Shown piece after piece: positions 51,338 to 64,000 of a DNA stretch of 64,000 nucleotides. Under the pieces are notes generated by a model. The model did not search any database, was not told where the DNA came from, and saw nothing but the letters and a program-made list of their open reading frames with translations. The position numbers were made by a program, and so were the translations under genes. Source of the DNA: Haliotis rubra. Lineage: Eukaryota. How positions within the stretch are numbered: the stretch's first letter is position 1; each line of letters starts with the position of its first letter. The stretch spans positions 7,006,001 through 7,070,000 of the forward strand of contig NW_025766002.1 in assembly GCF_003918875.1 (NCBI RefSeq), given 5' to 3'.

Positions 51338-51470
51338 TTTGGTTCAGGGATGTCATCGCATCTCAGTTTTGTGGATTGATGCTCACAATGTCAATCACTA
51401 CTTCGTCAGGTCCAGATTTAATTCATCAGAGACAGACGTCTACCTGGAAGATTGCTGAATGCAGCATTAA
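51320..51470 (+). mobile_element. SINE family B 3' half continuing from the minisatellite
   Basis: ggtcaggctcactgatttggtt...atgtcatcg...gattgatgctca...atcact...ggtccaga...ctggaagattgctgaatgcagcattaaa. Confidence 0.8.
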
Positions 51471-51954
51471 AAGCAGAAAAAACATGGACAATAAACATGT
51501 GTGACCTTTCTGAGTAAAACCTACAAGTACAACAAATACTGTCTGAACTTGCAATCGAGAGAAAACATTTGGCTACAAAAAAACATAAAGTCTCATATTG
51601 ATTATTCAAGGAAAAAGATTTTTATGATATGACATTGCGCTATCTTTAACTTGCGTCAAAACAAAGTCCATCAACACAAACCATATTTATCCTTCACTTC
51701 AACAGTCTTTCCTGTACATATTGAGACAACCAAACAGACAGAAGTCCTATGTAAATCTATGATTTCACCTTCGATATTTTGAGTCGCCATTCTAAGTCGC
51801 TGATGTGAGACTCGTGTATTTATTTTTGGCAGCAGTCACAGAAAACATCACATGTCAACTTCACACTGTGTTTGTTTTATTTCAGAGCAGCAGACTTTCC
51901 AATGAGGCTCATGAACCTACTGAAATGTCAGCTTCACTGATGAGTACATTCTGA

Positions 51955-52122
51955 GAGTGAGTGAGTGAGTATGGATTTACGTTGCTTTTAGCAATATTCC
52001 AGCACTATCACGACACAGGATACCAGACATTGTCCTCACACATTGTACCCATTGGGGAATTGAACCCAGATCTTCGGCATAAGGAGCGAACACTTTAACC
52101 ACTAGGCTACCCCAATGCTCCC
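51955..52122 (-). mobile_element. SINE family A
   Basis: (gagt)n...cacacattgtacccattggggaattgaaccc...ttaaccactaggctacccc. Confidence 0.9.
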
Positions 52123-52450
52123 CTTCTTAGTGATATAAGATATGATTTTGACATACTTAGAAATAATATGTCCACATGGGATTTCATGTGCTTAGGAACA
52201 TCTGTTGTTTTCTTGATTGTCACATTAACAATTGTATAAAGATGTCATGGAGTGATTAAAGTCAACATTATCTTAAATACAAGCCATCATCCAAGTATTT
52301 ACAATGTCTTTGTGACCAACCTGCCCCCTTATAGAGAGAATTACACAGCCAACTGATAATGATGTACCATGTCCGAAAACATATATTCCAATGATATCTG
52401 GAGAAGTAAAAATAACAGCATTATCTCACGTGACATTATATTCAGCTCAT

Positions 52451-52615
52451 GGGGGCAGTGAAGTAGCCCAATGGTTAAAGTGTTCGCTCATCACGCTGAA
52501 GGCACAGGTTTGACTCTCCACATGGGTACAATGTGTGAAGCCCATTTCTGGTGTCCCCTGCCATGATTTTGCTGGAATATTGCTAAAAAGCAGTGTAAAA
52601 CCCAACTCACTCACT
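52451..52615 (+). mobile_element. SINE family A
   Basis: Full consensus match with (actc)n tail. Confidence 0.92.
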
Positions 52616-53751
52616 AATTTGGCCCAGGCTGTTACCAGAACATCTATTTCAGTGCACAACACACACCAACAAAAGAAGAAAATACTTGTCTTGATACATG
52701 TCTAATGATGTATATCAGCTTTTAATACACCATGTACGATATATCTGAGTATAACACTCCTGGAATCCGATATCATATGTAGATGTGGTATAGTACTCAG
52801 TTAACCATAAAGGCTTATGGTATCTGTCAGACATGTTTTGTTGCAAAACATTTCTTTTTCACAATTCCTTTACAGGAGGAGCCTGTCATAAATTTAAATT
52901 CAAAGAAAAGAAGTGTTGTGTATTTACATGATTACATCTTCAACAAAGACAAGTTATCCCTGTTTCGTTGTTACTTCACTGAGTGACATTGATGCCATTC
53001 ACTAGCGGTTGAATGACTGATGTTAGCTTCCATATTGTCCTGAGTCGTTATTTTTGTTAGCTCCATCAAAGAAGCTTTGTACACACTCTCGAATAAACAT
53101 CTTCATATTTGGCACAAACGAAATCCAAATATGTTTTCTCTGAAGTTCTTAGAATTGAATTTGAAATGGATTCCTTTACGCAGTCTCCTAAACAATCTGA
53201 GAACAGATTTCAAAACAATCAGAAAATATTTCCTTGCCTAAAAAATGTACATTTTATGATGTATTGTCTAGGCGTTGAAAACAGACAATGATGTTTTTGC
53301 TATTGGTGTAAAGAGCCATATATACCTAATCATCCTTGTGAGCTCGTGAGTAAGCTCGTTTGTTTGAGAATTCGTTTGGTTGTGTGTGAGCTTGTTCATG
53401 AGTGAGTGACTGACTGATATTACTCTCTTTGACAGGTACTACTTTTATAATGTAATAATTTAAACAAATATCCGTGACTATTGTACTTATACCTCTCTTA
53501 TGTGATATATTTTAATTATATTTTAGCGCTTTTGCGCCGGCGAGTACTGTGAATATGTGTAATTTTTTATCTATTGAGAATGTACGTTGTGTGACACTTA
53601 AATTAAAAAAATTCTTCTTCTGTATTAATTGGAACACACAGGAATCCAATCAGGTGCTGATGATTGTGATTGAAATCACAACATCATATATCACAAAATA
53701 CCATACACCTGCAACACTTGTATGATGTGTGAATACACCATGTGTAAATGG

Positions 53752-54196
53752 TAGAACTGCACAGTACTACCAGTATACAGATATACCGCAATACGCTTTT
53801 TAAACGATATGTATTGTCATATTTTTGTTGAGAACCGGTATATTGGGTAAAGAACATATATGAAGTTTTTGTGATTATCTTTATGGTTTAGATTACAATC
53901 TACACAGACTTTCATTCACAACAGATGTTTTACTTTGTTATTTAACAACAAAACGGCATACTGTAAAACTATAAATTTATGCAATTTATGCAAATTATAA
54001 TCCCTGATTATGCAACCTGACTTTGAGATTGCTGTTATGAGAACCATAAAATATATTTTTAGGGACTTATAATGTAGAAAATTGGATCACCATGTACAAT
54101 TAGTGTCACTCACTGTCAATCACTTATGTTCCCAATGTATCGCAATCCATATCAGAATATATTGCAATACAATTTATATGCCAATACACAGCCCTA
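53752..54196. mobile_element. hAT-type MITE, degenerate
   Basis: 8-bp TSD gtaaatgg/gtagatgg; ends tagaactgca / cacagcccta; internal (c)gcaatac/gtattg subrepeats. Confidence 0.7.
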
Positions 54197-55184
54197 GTAG
54201 ATGGTAAAGAAAGATCTTATATCTACAGTACCCTAAACATGTACAATCGAAGATAATCAGAAATTTATCCACTGAAGTATATAATGTATTGCAATCCATA
54301 AACAAATCATGTTATGAGCTCAATACTGCACAAAAATCACATTCAACAATATTTTCAAAATGCTTAATATTTTTCACAAGCTTCCAATGATGTTTGTTGA
54401 AAAACAATCAGGACATAGAAACTGGTATTGCCCTTTTTAAGGACCATTTGTCCCTAACATCATCTTTAACAACCCGCAGCTCTGTCTGCTGTACAGAGAC
54501 ACTGTCACCGCAGACAGTGACAAGTCTTAGCTCAATACGCCCTGGCATCCTGCCAACAAGACAGTGTTTGACAATGTTACATAATGGATCTAAGAAAGCT
54601 CTGGTGTCGCCTGCCTGCCAAAACAAACCCAAATGGATCTGCAGGGGTTACGCAAAGATCTATCGGGGCTACGTGTGTCAATGTCAGGTCCTGGCCAGAC
54701 AAGACATTTATAGACACAAGGTCATGATCATCATGAATGAAATTTGCCGCTGGGTTTTTATTGATTTAATTTTTTTCTGACAGCATCAGTTGTATGGAGC
54801 CGTGCTTCTGGTATTAGGGCATGCATTTTATATCTGCTTTGTAAATATTTCTTTTTCCGACATTTTTTGTTCCCTGCCGTCAAGCTTGGATCTTGTGGTG
54901 ATTCCATTTTTTAATCAAGAAAGTGTCTTAAATATTTCAGAGATATGAAATTGCAAATTTTAAAACGTTTTTGTTGTCATTTGGTTCTTACAACTGCTGC
55001 AATACTCAGATTGGATGTTTGTTATCAACATTTTTCTGATATAACAAAGTTCAGATTTCATAAGTATATTCGATTGCATTCAATAAGGTCATCAAACGCA
55101 ATATAAATCTGACAGATATTTTATTGTATTATATTATTTATTGTGGAGACTTGTGATGAGAAGGGCTAGGAATGGCATCAACAA

Positions 55185-55272
55185 CCCAGATAGCATTTGG
55201 ATGTTGGCCCAACGTTGGCAATGTTGGCAAAACCATTGCCAACGTTGGGCCAACGTCTGAATGCTATCTGGG
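55185..55272. mobile_element. 88-bp palindromic MITE with CCCAG ends (CMC/EnSpm-like)
   Basis: cccagatagcatt...aatgctatctggg; 2-bp TSD aa; internal ccaacgttgg palindromes. Confidence 0.85.
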
Positions 55273-56095
55273 AACATGACAAGCTACAAATGGAGGGGCC
55301 ACTATCACTATTTCATTGATGCTCTCCATAATAGGAGTTTATTTTTTAAACAAAAAGGAACCTTTTCTTGACTTTGATAAAACAATTGTATAAATAACAT
55401 GAAGAATATGCCATGGAGAAAGCCATTTTATGTATCCAGGAAAGTCAGTATTTTTTTCACATGACACTGTCGGTATTTCCCTATGTAAAACGGATATGAA
55501 GTCCCTAATGGAATGTGTTGTTTAGCTCATGCTAAGGTATGTACCTGGTGCATACATGAATTTAAAGTCATGTGCCTGTTTGATGTGTGTCTGAAAATAC
55601 TTGTCACAGCACTCCTGTTTCTCTAAACCAGGGTGGGTGTGAGGTGTGTTGGGTGGAGGGGGGAAATGGCAGGCAGGTTTGAAGGGGAAAGATGACTGTA
55701 AGAGCAGGGTGGTTTGTAACACATCTTCATGGAGATGACATTGTCAATTGTGCTAACACAGATCCAAGCTGTCAGGATGATTAGATAAGAAAAGTCTTAC
55801 CTGAAAGTTCATAATTACCCATCCAAGTGAGATTACCCGGCAATCATTGTGACCACCCAATTCACATATCATTTCAAGCATCAGTAGTAGCTATTATGTA
55901 TTCACTGCAAAATTCAAAAGACAAAAATACAGGTACATTAATTAGACCTGAATGTATAGGTCTTATCAGAGGGGTACACAAAGTCCGCAGTCTAGACTAC
56001 CAGTTGTCCGACTTCCATTTTTGCTCTCAAGGCAGATGCTTTATCCTCTACACCATCGAAGTGGTCGATAGATATTAGAACTAGCACACACTGAA

Positions 56096-56238
56096 TATGA
56101 AAGTGAAATAGTACTTATAAAATTGAGTTTAACAAAGTATATAACTGGAGAACAGGATGTTTTTATTACTAAAGATGAAAGTGAAATAGTAATTTTATAA
56201 AATTCAGCAATACAAAGTAAATAACGAGAACAGGATGC
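56096..56238. repeat. ~79-bp tandem duplication
   Basis: atgaaagtgaaatagta...gagaacaggatg occurs twice. Confidence 0.85.
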
Positions 56239-57204
56239 CTTATAGTAGTTACTTTTCCCATGCCATGTTTTTCAAGACTTTTTTTTTTGATAACTGCACA
56301 CAGATTGGGGGGGGTATGGTGGGGAGTGTTGGGGGGGGATATTTAACAGGTGTAATGTTGAATTTTTTCACTTATCAGCTGTACAAAGTGGGTGTCCTGT
56401 ACTGGGTGGGTGGGAGTGCACGGATGTGTATATAAGCTGTGTTGACACATATTGTCATGTATGTATGTCAAGGGTGACGACCGTTGGTACATTTCATGAT
56501 AAGAACATCCGGTGGACTTATCTTTGTCAACAACACTAAATAACTCAATATCCTTGATAAGAAAAGTAGATCTTGCTTACAGGGTTTAGTCAACTTATAT
56601 CGAAGTTTCTAAAAGGGTCTGTCATAAAGGTATGCAATTAAATGGTTCAGTATGAACCTTAAAACTGTTGTAGAATGGTGAAGTGTTGTATAACAATCTT
56701 AATGAGTGAATAAGGAGTTCAACAGCCAAGGAAATTATCCTATTACAATTCAAAAAAGACACTTAATCAGACACTCCTTAATCATCAGAAATGCTTCTTA
56801 AAAGCAGTCATTTAATCCATTATGACAATACCATGAGCATGTATTTATGAATCAAGTAGAAATGTCAAAAACACATGCAAGGGCAAGTCAACTGTTCATT
56901 TGAAAAAACAACAACATCAAAACATCTGCAAGCTAAATAAGGAATCAAATCAGGCAGGATTTTTGTTATTGACACATCACATTTGGAAATTCCTTCCACA
57001 TGTCTTCCATTAAACCTTTTTGAAAGGTTTACTGAGCTCTTTAATGTGTTTAATACATTATTATAGTGCACATTGTATTATGTTTGGTTCTCAAATTTGA
57101 AATTGAAAATAGAAAACTGTTTTTAGTATTAATTCATTTAGCATACATAAGATAGCAGTTTGTCCCGCATCCCAGATAGACTAATTGCACTCTATGCTGG
57201 AAAG

Positions 57205-57330
57205 AGAGTGAGTGAGCAATATCACGGTGAGGGACACCAGAAATGGGCTTCACACATTGTACCCATGTGGGGAATCGAACCTGGCTCTTCGTTGTGACGA
57301 GCAAATGCTTTAACCACTAGGCTACCCAAC
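57205..57330 (-). mobile_element. SINE family A with internal deletion near the tail
   Basis: gggacaccagaaatgggcttcacacattgtacccatgtggggaatcgaacc...ttaaccactaggctaccc. Confidence 0.92.
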
Positions 57331-58772
57331 CCCTGTCACAAGACAGGATCTTATAATAATTTATCCAAATCCAAGAACCTCCCTCACTATGATTAGAGGT
57401 TGGTCTGACTCCATACCCAGTTTCACCAAAGTATTGAGACCTCCATCACTTATATATTCCCCTCCAAAGCTCTGTCTCAATATAACTCACCCACTCATCA
57501 TCCAGTTATTATGAAAGATAATGATTACTTTTACTGTAAGGTCAAAGGGTGTTATAATATGGGTTAATAAGTATGGAGGTTAATTTAATAGATGTTAATG
57601 AATCAAATTTCACACAATTGACGAATGTAGCAGTGACAACGATTAGCAACATCTAAGAAAAATCTATCAACCTTTTAGTTGAATGTACGCATTTATCTCT
57701 GCTGGTGGCCAATTACATCATAAAATAAACAAGTACACAACCTCTTAATCACCTCTGCCAATGACTTTCTCATCGGGTTATGAAATCAACAAGGTCAGCA
57801 CTTCCTCCACTGTGTTTTCACCACTCTTTTCTTCAGTTGTCAACTGTTACATAACAACAGTGGCTAGCCCCAAGACATCAAAGGCTGAAATTGACATTGT
57901 CATCAAACATGAAGTTGTTGCTTATAGCAGGTGCCCCAGGTGCTTGTAAACAGCTTTGGTAGTAAGCCAGGCAGTATTTCTCCTTGTTCATTTCAACCAG
58001 TGATGTGAATCACTGACTCCTATGTGTCAGATTGTTTGGTTGATGTTGATGTGAAAAACACACTTCATGTTGTTGATTTCACTCGAAGCATGTTTTTGTA
58101 CTTTAGCGAATACCTAATTGATGATCGTTTTTACTCTCATCCAGCTTGGCTCATTTCAGATGAAGGGATCATTTTCGCATTAGAATTCAATTACAATAAA
58201 TCAGTGGTATGGACGCAAATTCAAACAGTTTTTACAGTGGTGAATTTGTTTAATTAATTTTGTACATGATTTGTTAATTAATGTCAGATAAACAAATGAA
58301 CCTGAAAATATAAAATCCAAATGTGCAACACATTTATTGGAAAATGTGTATATATAATATATATCTTGTTGATGTTATGCTTATGATAATTCATGATTAG
58401 CTAAGCAAATTGTACTGTATGGCATATACACTGAAACCATCTTCCTCAATGGAAATATATATCAAAGAAAACACATTAATCTAAACTGACACTGCTGTGA
58501 CTATATCATTGCAATATGATTTGGGGATGTGAATGGTTTTGGTATGACGGAATAATTTTGTTTCATCTCTGATTAATAAACTTTATGTCAGTGAATACGT
58601 CGAAATAGATATGCTTGACAAAAATTATTTACGGTCACTGTTTCTTGGTGCAGATCGTTTTTACTCTCATATACTTTGGCTCATTTGAGATGAAGAGCTC
58701 ATGAACTGACAAACTGATCATAATGTTTGGGAATACATATCACTGTCTTGTGACTACTTCATGTGGAATTAG

Positions 58773-58937
58773 TTGTGGTGGTGTAGCCTAGTAGTTAAAG
58801 CATTCGCTTGTCATGCCAAAGACCTGTGTTTGATTCCCCACATGGGCACAATCTGTGAAGCCCATTTCTGGTGTCCCCCGACTTGATATTGCTGGAATAT
58901 TGCTAAAAGTGGCATAAAAATAAACTCTCTCACTCAC
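58773..58937 (+). mobile_element. SINE family A
   Basis: Consensus match; TSD tcatgtggaatta. Confidence 0.92.
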
Positions 58938-59331
58938 TCATGTGGAATTAAAGGACAATTTCATGTATATCTACTAGATACATATAGAACACTACATATG
59001 AATTCTAGTTTTCATTCATGGAAACATTATCACATGCTTTTATTGTATATATTCAGGTATTCAATGTATTTTTATTAATTTAGTTGCCTATGTATATATA
59101 TTTACATTATTTTTTATTCTACTCTGGATGAAACACATTCATTCATTCATTCATTCAACAAGATAATAGGTTTTCAACATATCATAGAACATACTGCATG
59201 TGTGTTACCTGGCACACGCTGATTACAAATACACTTGTTCCATGAAACACAATGTATCATATCAATGCCGAAAGGTTTTCATAAGCTACATTGATCAATT
59301 ATTACATAGTCTGTGAAATCTTTCATTGCAC

Positions 59332-59480
59332 AGGGACGGTGGGGTAGTCTAATGGTCATGTCGAAGACCAGGTTCGATTCCGCATATAGGCACAATGTAT
59401 GAAGCCCATTTCTGGTGTCCACGGATGTGATATTGCTGGAATATTGCTAAAAGTGATGTAAAACCATACTCACTCACTCT
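59332..59480 (+). mobile_element. SINE family A with deletion in the tRNA head
   Basis: Consensus match; TSD tcattgcaca. Confidence 0.9.
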
Positions 59481-60437
59481 CATTGCACAATACATTACAC
59501 TCCCCTAAAATATATTTTTCTCACATGCACACACAACACACGCAAACCATTACCACTCACTCACTTCACTATATAAGTGCAATAATTCTTAATGCCTCTT
59601 AAACACAATTTAACCTCAACTCGTTGAAGGATGAGTCTACCCTTAAATTTCACCCTCACTACTAAACAGCTGACTGATTACTCAGAATACCCCCCTGTCT
59701 ACAGTCCCTCCATTTATCACTACATTTACAACATTATCTTCCTAAGGGTACATACCGGTACTGGTACTGGCCTACATCACAATCTATAATGAATTCTTTT
59801 CTAAACTTTACTTATACCTACTGAATAGCATATAAGCTTTAAATTGAAAAAAAATGTTATCTGTCAATATGCGAAAAGGTTTTCATATATTTTAAAAAGT
59901 AACCCCACCTCTTATGTATCCAAATATATCATATATATGTTACATAAACTTTAAATAACATTTTTGCTCAATCATGCTGTGAAAAATGCAATAAATGAAT
60001 CTACTACTTTGAAGTAAAAACTCTGTGACCTCAATAACCTTTTAACTAAATGTAGATGTAAGCTTGAGATTATTGTCTGTTGTCAGATCTCAAATACATC
60101 TCACCGTTCGTAAATTAAACTTATATTTTGGGTCAAATTCTTTATGGTCTGGGTCATATGAAATAATGCATGTAGTGTTAAAAGGGTTGCCCTTGTTGGT
60201 GTATGTACATACGCCCTCTCTGTGGAAGCGAATTTTATGCTTCCATTTGTTGAAGATTGTTTGGAAACGCATGCTGGGTTTCACTATAAAGAATATCAAT
60301 ATTCATAGTGAAAAATACCTCACAGAATGTTTTACCAGTATAATATCATTCTCATACAACAGCTCCATCTGACTGGAAATGTTGAATACATCTTCGACAA
60401 TTTCACATTTAAGTGTATCTGTCTACACTACAGGTAT

Positions 60438-60590
60438 TGCCCCATGGGGATTCCAGATGAAAATAGGTCCAGTGACCTATATTGGTCATAAGAGGTAAAA
60501 ACAGTGATCTGTAATCAGGGTCAGTGACCTGTTTGATAACATCGTTATCACATCCTAGTCAACCACTGGTTTGCCTGGTCCTGGCTTGAA
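60438..60590 (+). mobile_element. SINE family B, highly degenerate
   Basis: aataggtcc...gtcataagagg...accactggtttgcctggtcc. Confidence 0.5.
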
Positions 60591-60679
60591 CAACAGGATT
60601 TTCTCACTTCATGAATGTGCCACCATAATGATACAATAGACTGTCTATAATTTTATTTCGTCAGTGTTAGTGAGTGAGT

Positions 60680-61708
60680 ATGACTGGTGGTGTATAACTA
60701 GTGGTATGGCTGGTGGTGTATAACTGATTGTATGGCTGGTGGTGTATAACTGATTGTATGGCTGGTGGTGTATAACTGATTGTATGGCTGGTGGTGTATA
60801 ACTGATTGTATGGCTGGTGGTGTATAACTGATTGTATGGCTGGTGGTGTATAACTGATTGTATGGCTGGTGGTGTATAACTGATTGTATGGCTGGTGGTG
60901 TATAACTGATTGTATGGCTGGTGGTGTATGGCTGGTGGTGTATAACTGATTGTATTGGTGGTGTATAACTGATTGTATGGCTGGTGGTGTATAACTGATT
61001 GTATGGCTGGTGGTGTGATTGTATGGCTGGTGGTGTATAACTGATTGTATGGCTGGTGGTGTATAACTGATTGTATGGCTGGTGGTGTATAACTGATTGT
61101 ATGGCTGGTGGTGTATAACTGATTGTATGGCTGGTGGTGTATATCTAGTGGTATGGCTGGTGGTGTATAACTGATTGTATGGCTGGCTGGTGGTGTATGA
61201 TTGTATTGTATGGCTGGTGGTGTATAACTGATTGTATGGCTGGCGGTGTATGATTGATTGTATGGCTGGTGGTGTATAACTGATTGTATGGCTGGTGGTG
61301 TATAACTGATTGTATGGCTGGTGGTGTATAACTGATTGTATGGCTGGTGGTGTATATCTAGTAGTATGTCTGGTGGTGTATAACTGATTGTATGGCTGGC
61401 GGTGTATGATTGATTGTATGGCTGGTGGTGTATAACTGATTGTATGGCTGGCGGTGTATGATTGATTGTATGGCTGGTGGTGTATAACTGATTGTATGGC
61501 TGGTGGTGTATAACTGATTGTATGTCTGGTGGTGTATAACTGATTGTATGGCTGGTGGTGTATGATTGATTGTATGGCTGGTGGTGTATAACTAATTGTA
61601 TGGCTGGTGGTGTATAACTGATTGTATGGCTGGTGGTGTATAACTGATTATATGGCTGTTGGTGTATGACTGATTGTATGTCTGGTGGTGTATGACTGAT
61701 AGTATGAC
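60680..61708. repeat. 26-bp minisatellite (ggctggtggtgtataactgattgtat), ~39 units
   Basis: Period of 26 read directly. Confidence 0.97.
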
Positions 61709-63385
61709 TGTTAATCACCAATCCACATTGGGTGTAAGCCGAGTTCAGACAAACTGGTTTCAGTGAATAAAGAAGCGAAGTACAAGGCACCTTTCCAACA
61801 GAACCTGTTAATGTAGCATTAATACTAGGAGTGAGTAAATGTGTGATCATTGCTTAAAGCCACAGCAGCAATCAGAATCTATTGTATTAACATGTTGGTA
61901 ACTTCAAGCCATGTGGATAAAGAGCGAACACCCCATCCGCTGGGCCACACTACTGCTTTACACTGCTTTCCTAATACTTGGATAAATTATGCCATCTGGA
62001 GAATATTTTGTGAATGTCACAATAGACAATATTTTTATTCAGAGATTACTTATGATTAGGGAAAGCATGTTTGCAATTTTACATGGTAAGTTTGTGACAC
62101 AACTAATACACAGTAGAGTAAGTTGATAAATTCTAATGTATCTATTAAGCAGCACTGATTCTTTGACTAAGACTTAGGAACCTCACGCATAGACAGGCCG
62201 GTGATAAGGCTATCTATCATATTTGATTCACACCTCTATCAATATCTATGTTGTAAGGCAACATATATTTCAAATTTCGATGTATCTATCCACAAGTATT
62301 TGATATATGACAGGATTCAAATAATGGTTGATTTAGAGTCATCATGAATGTCTTTGAAAACACTTCAGGGTTTTATTGGTACAATTTACTACATGTCAAT
62401 TTTGGTCAAGATTGGCCCTATTATTTCTCACTATTCCCCTTTAGACGTAGTTATCCCTTCAGAATCCACTATCTAAATCTCCTTCTTAGGAGACCTTAAA
62501 GGTGACTATGTCATATTTCATATGATTACCCGACTTTAGTGCTATGATTGAAATATACGACGTAGATGTCCCTGTCAGTTTTAGTGTACATACCATTTGA
62601 CCTTAAGGGACAAGAGTCCTGGATAAACTTCCTACTGAAATGAACATGCAAGATAATTTCAAGAAAGCTTGACCCCCCCAAGAGGTGTTAAACTGTTTGG
62701 GTGGTAGCGTCGAGTCAGTGGTATTTCCTTTCACTGACCGGATTAAACAGTATAGTGTACCCATAACCCAGTTGCCAATTATATTTATTGTCCCACGCAT
62801 ATACCAAACTGCTACCTGTGTAAACCTTGTTTCTTTTATCTGAAGAAGATTATTGCCTTGTGATTGTAAATATAGACCCCCGGTGTGATAAATGACTCAG
62901 ACAAAAGAAGCTTTGGTCCTGAATGTCCGCTGTTATTCAGCAATGGCAGACCAGGTATTAAGTTATGTAACATTTGCTTTTACAAGCACATAATCACCAC
63001 TATCCAATTTAGTCAGAGTGCTTAATAGAACTTGTTACAGTATCTTCATCGTGTGAGTCTTGGTGCAAACAGCTCTCAGGTGGGGGTTTAATCACTGACT
63101 TTGGCAGGTCATTAACATAATCTCATTTTATGTCTCCTCAGATGTTTACAGTGGCAAGTTATGTCAGTCTCTTAAATACTTATTAATATTTCAAATGTGT
63201 GTTTTGTATTTAATTATGGTGTTTGAGGACATTAAACAAGTGTGTTATCCTGTATAGCAGTAAAACATACTCTGCATAAAAAGTTTTGAAAAGGATCAAT
63301 CATACATTCATTTGAAGCAATGATAGAAAAAAAGAAGAAAAAGTCAAGGGTCAATGCCAGAGATTAACAAGTCTCTACTATCAGC

Positions 63386-63549
63386 AGGCGGTGGGGTAGC
63401 TCAGTGGTTAAAGCATCCGCTCGTCAAGCTGAAGACCCGGGTTTGATTCCCCACATGGGTACAATGTGTGAAGCCCATTTCTGGTGTTCCCTGCCATGAT
63501 ATTGCAGGAATATTGCTAAAAGCGGTTTAAAACCATATTCAAACACTCA
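63386..63549 (+). mobile_element. SINE family A
   Basis: Consensus match; TSD ctatcagc. Confidence 0.92.
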
Positions 63550-64000
63550 GCTATCAGCCAAAATAATTCCATAGGCTGTAACAGGACAAAATTACAGGTG
63601 TTCACAAAAGAAGTAAGTATTTTTCCTCCTTCATTATCCTCTAATGAATTAAATACTGCTTTTCAAAGTATGTGTACACCATAAATCCCTGTAATGTTAA
63701 GAAGGTAGACTAAGAACTCATTTTGACCCATAGGGTCGGCATAATTTATGAACTGAGAAATATGTTAGAAACTGTTTGGAACCTGAGGATGAACAAAGGT
63801 TTGACCAAAGCTGCTTCTCATCATAGATGCACACAAATGCATTACAAATATAAGGCTAGAATTCATGTCACAGACAGTTCGTACTTTGATTTTTATTTGA
63901 AGTTGTAAAAGTTTTTCACTAATTGAAGCCAGATATGCATTATGTTTCATCGAAGTCCAAATGCTGCAAGTGTTAGAAAGAAAACTATTATAGAAAAACT

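Noticed and set aside
55790-55812. Minus-strand ctttcag|gtaag recursive splice-site-like motif
   Set aside because: Weak polypyrimidine tract and no host gene evidence; expected by chance.
60645-61850. 401-aa His/Pro/Tyr-rich ORF (minus strand)
   Set aside because: It translates a 26-bp minisatellite whose minus strand lacks stops in all frames. The period is not a multiple of 3 and the peptide cycles through frames.

Overview
AT-rich eukaryotic non-coding DNA, either a large intron or intergenic region, with no supportable protein-coding gene. All long ORFs in the track are translations of minisatellites, SINEs or the N gap. The SINE repertoire points to a mollusc, most likely a gastropod such as abalone (inference). 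It comprises a tRNA-Asp-headed SINE, a second SINE sharing its (ACTC)n tail, Meta-domain-like SINEs and a Nin/Deu-domain-like SINE. The window holds about 17 copies of SINE family A, about 11 copies of family B, several non-autonomous DNA transposons and MITEs with readable TIRs and TSDs, eight minisatellite arrays, and one assembly gap. Three observations stand out. (1) Three sequence-unrelated elements share an a...a'b...b' layout, in which an internal site is the reverse complement of the joined ends, as expected for a circular, tyrosine-recombinase-type intermediate. (2) SINE B has no tRNA head; its precisely defined 5' end folds into a covarying multi-stem, possibly pseudoknotted RNA, making it a ribozyme candidate. 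(3) Several minisatellites can be traced to their ancestral monomer, inside a SINE or at a paralogous locus. All calls were made by eye, so boundaries of degenerate copies are approximate.
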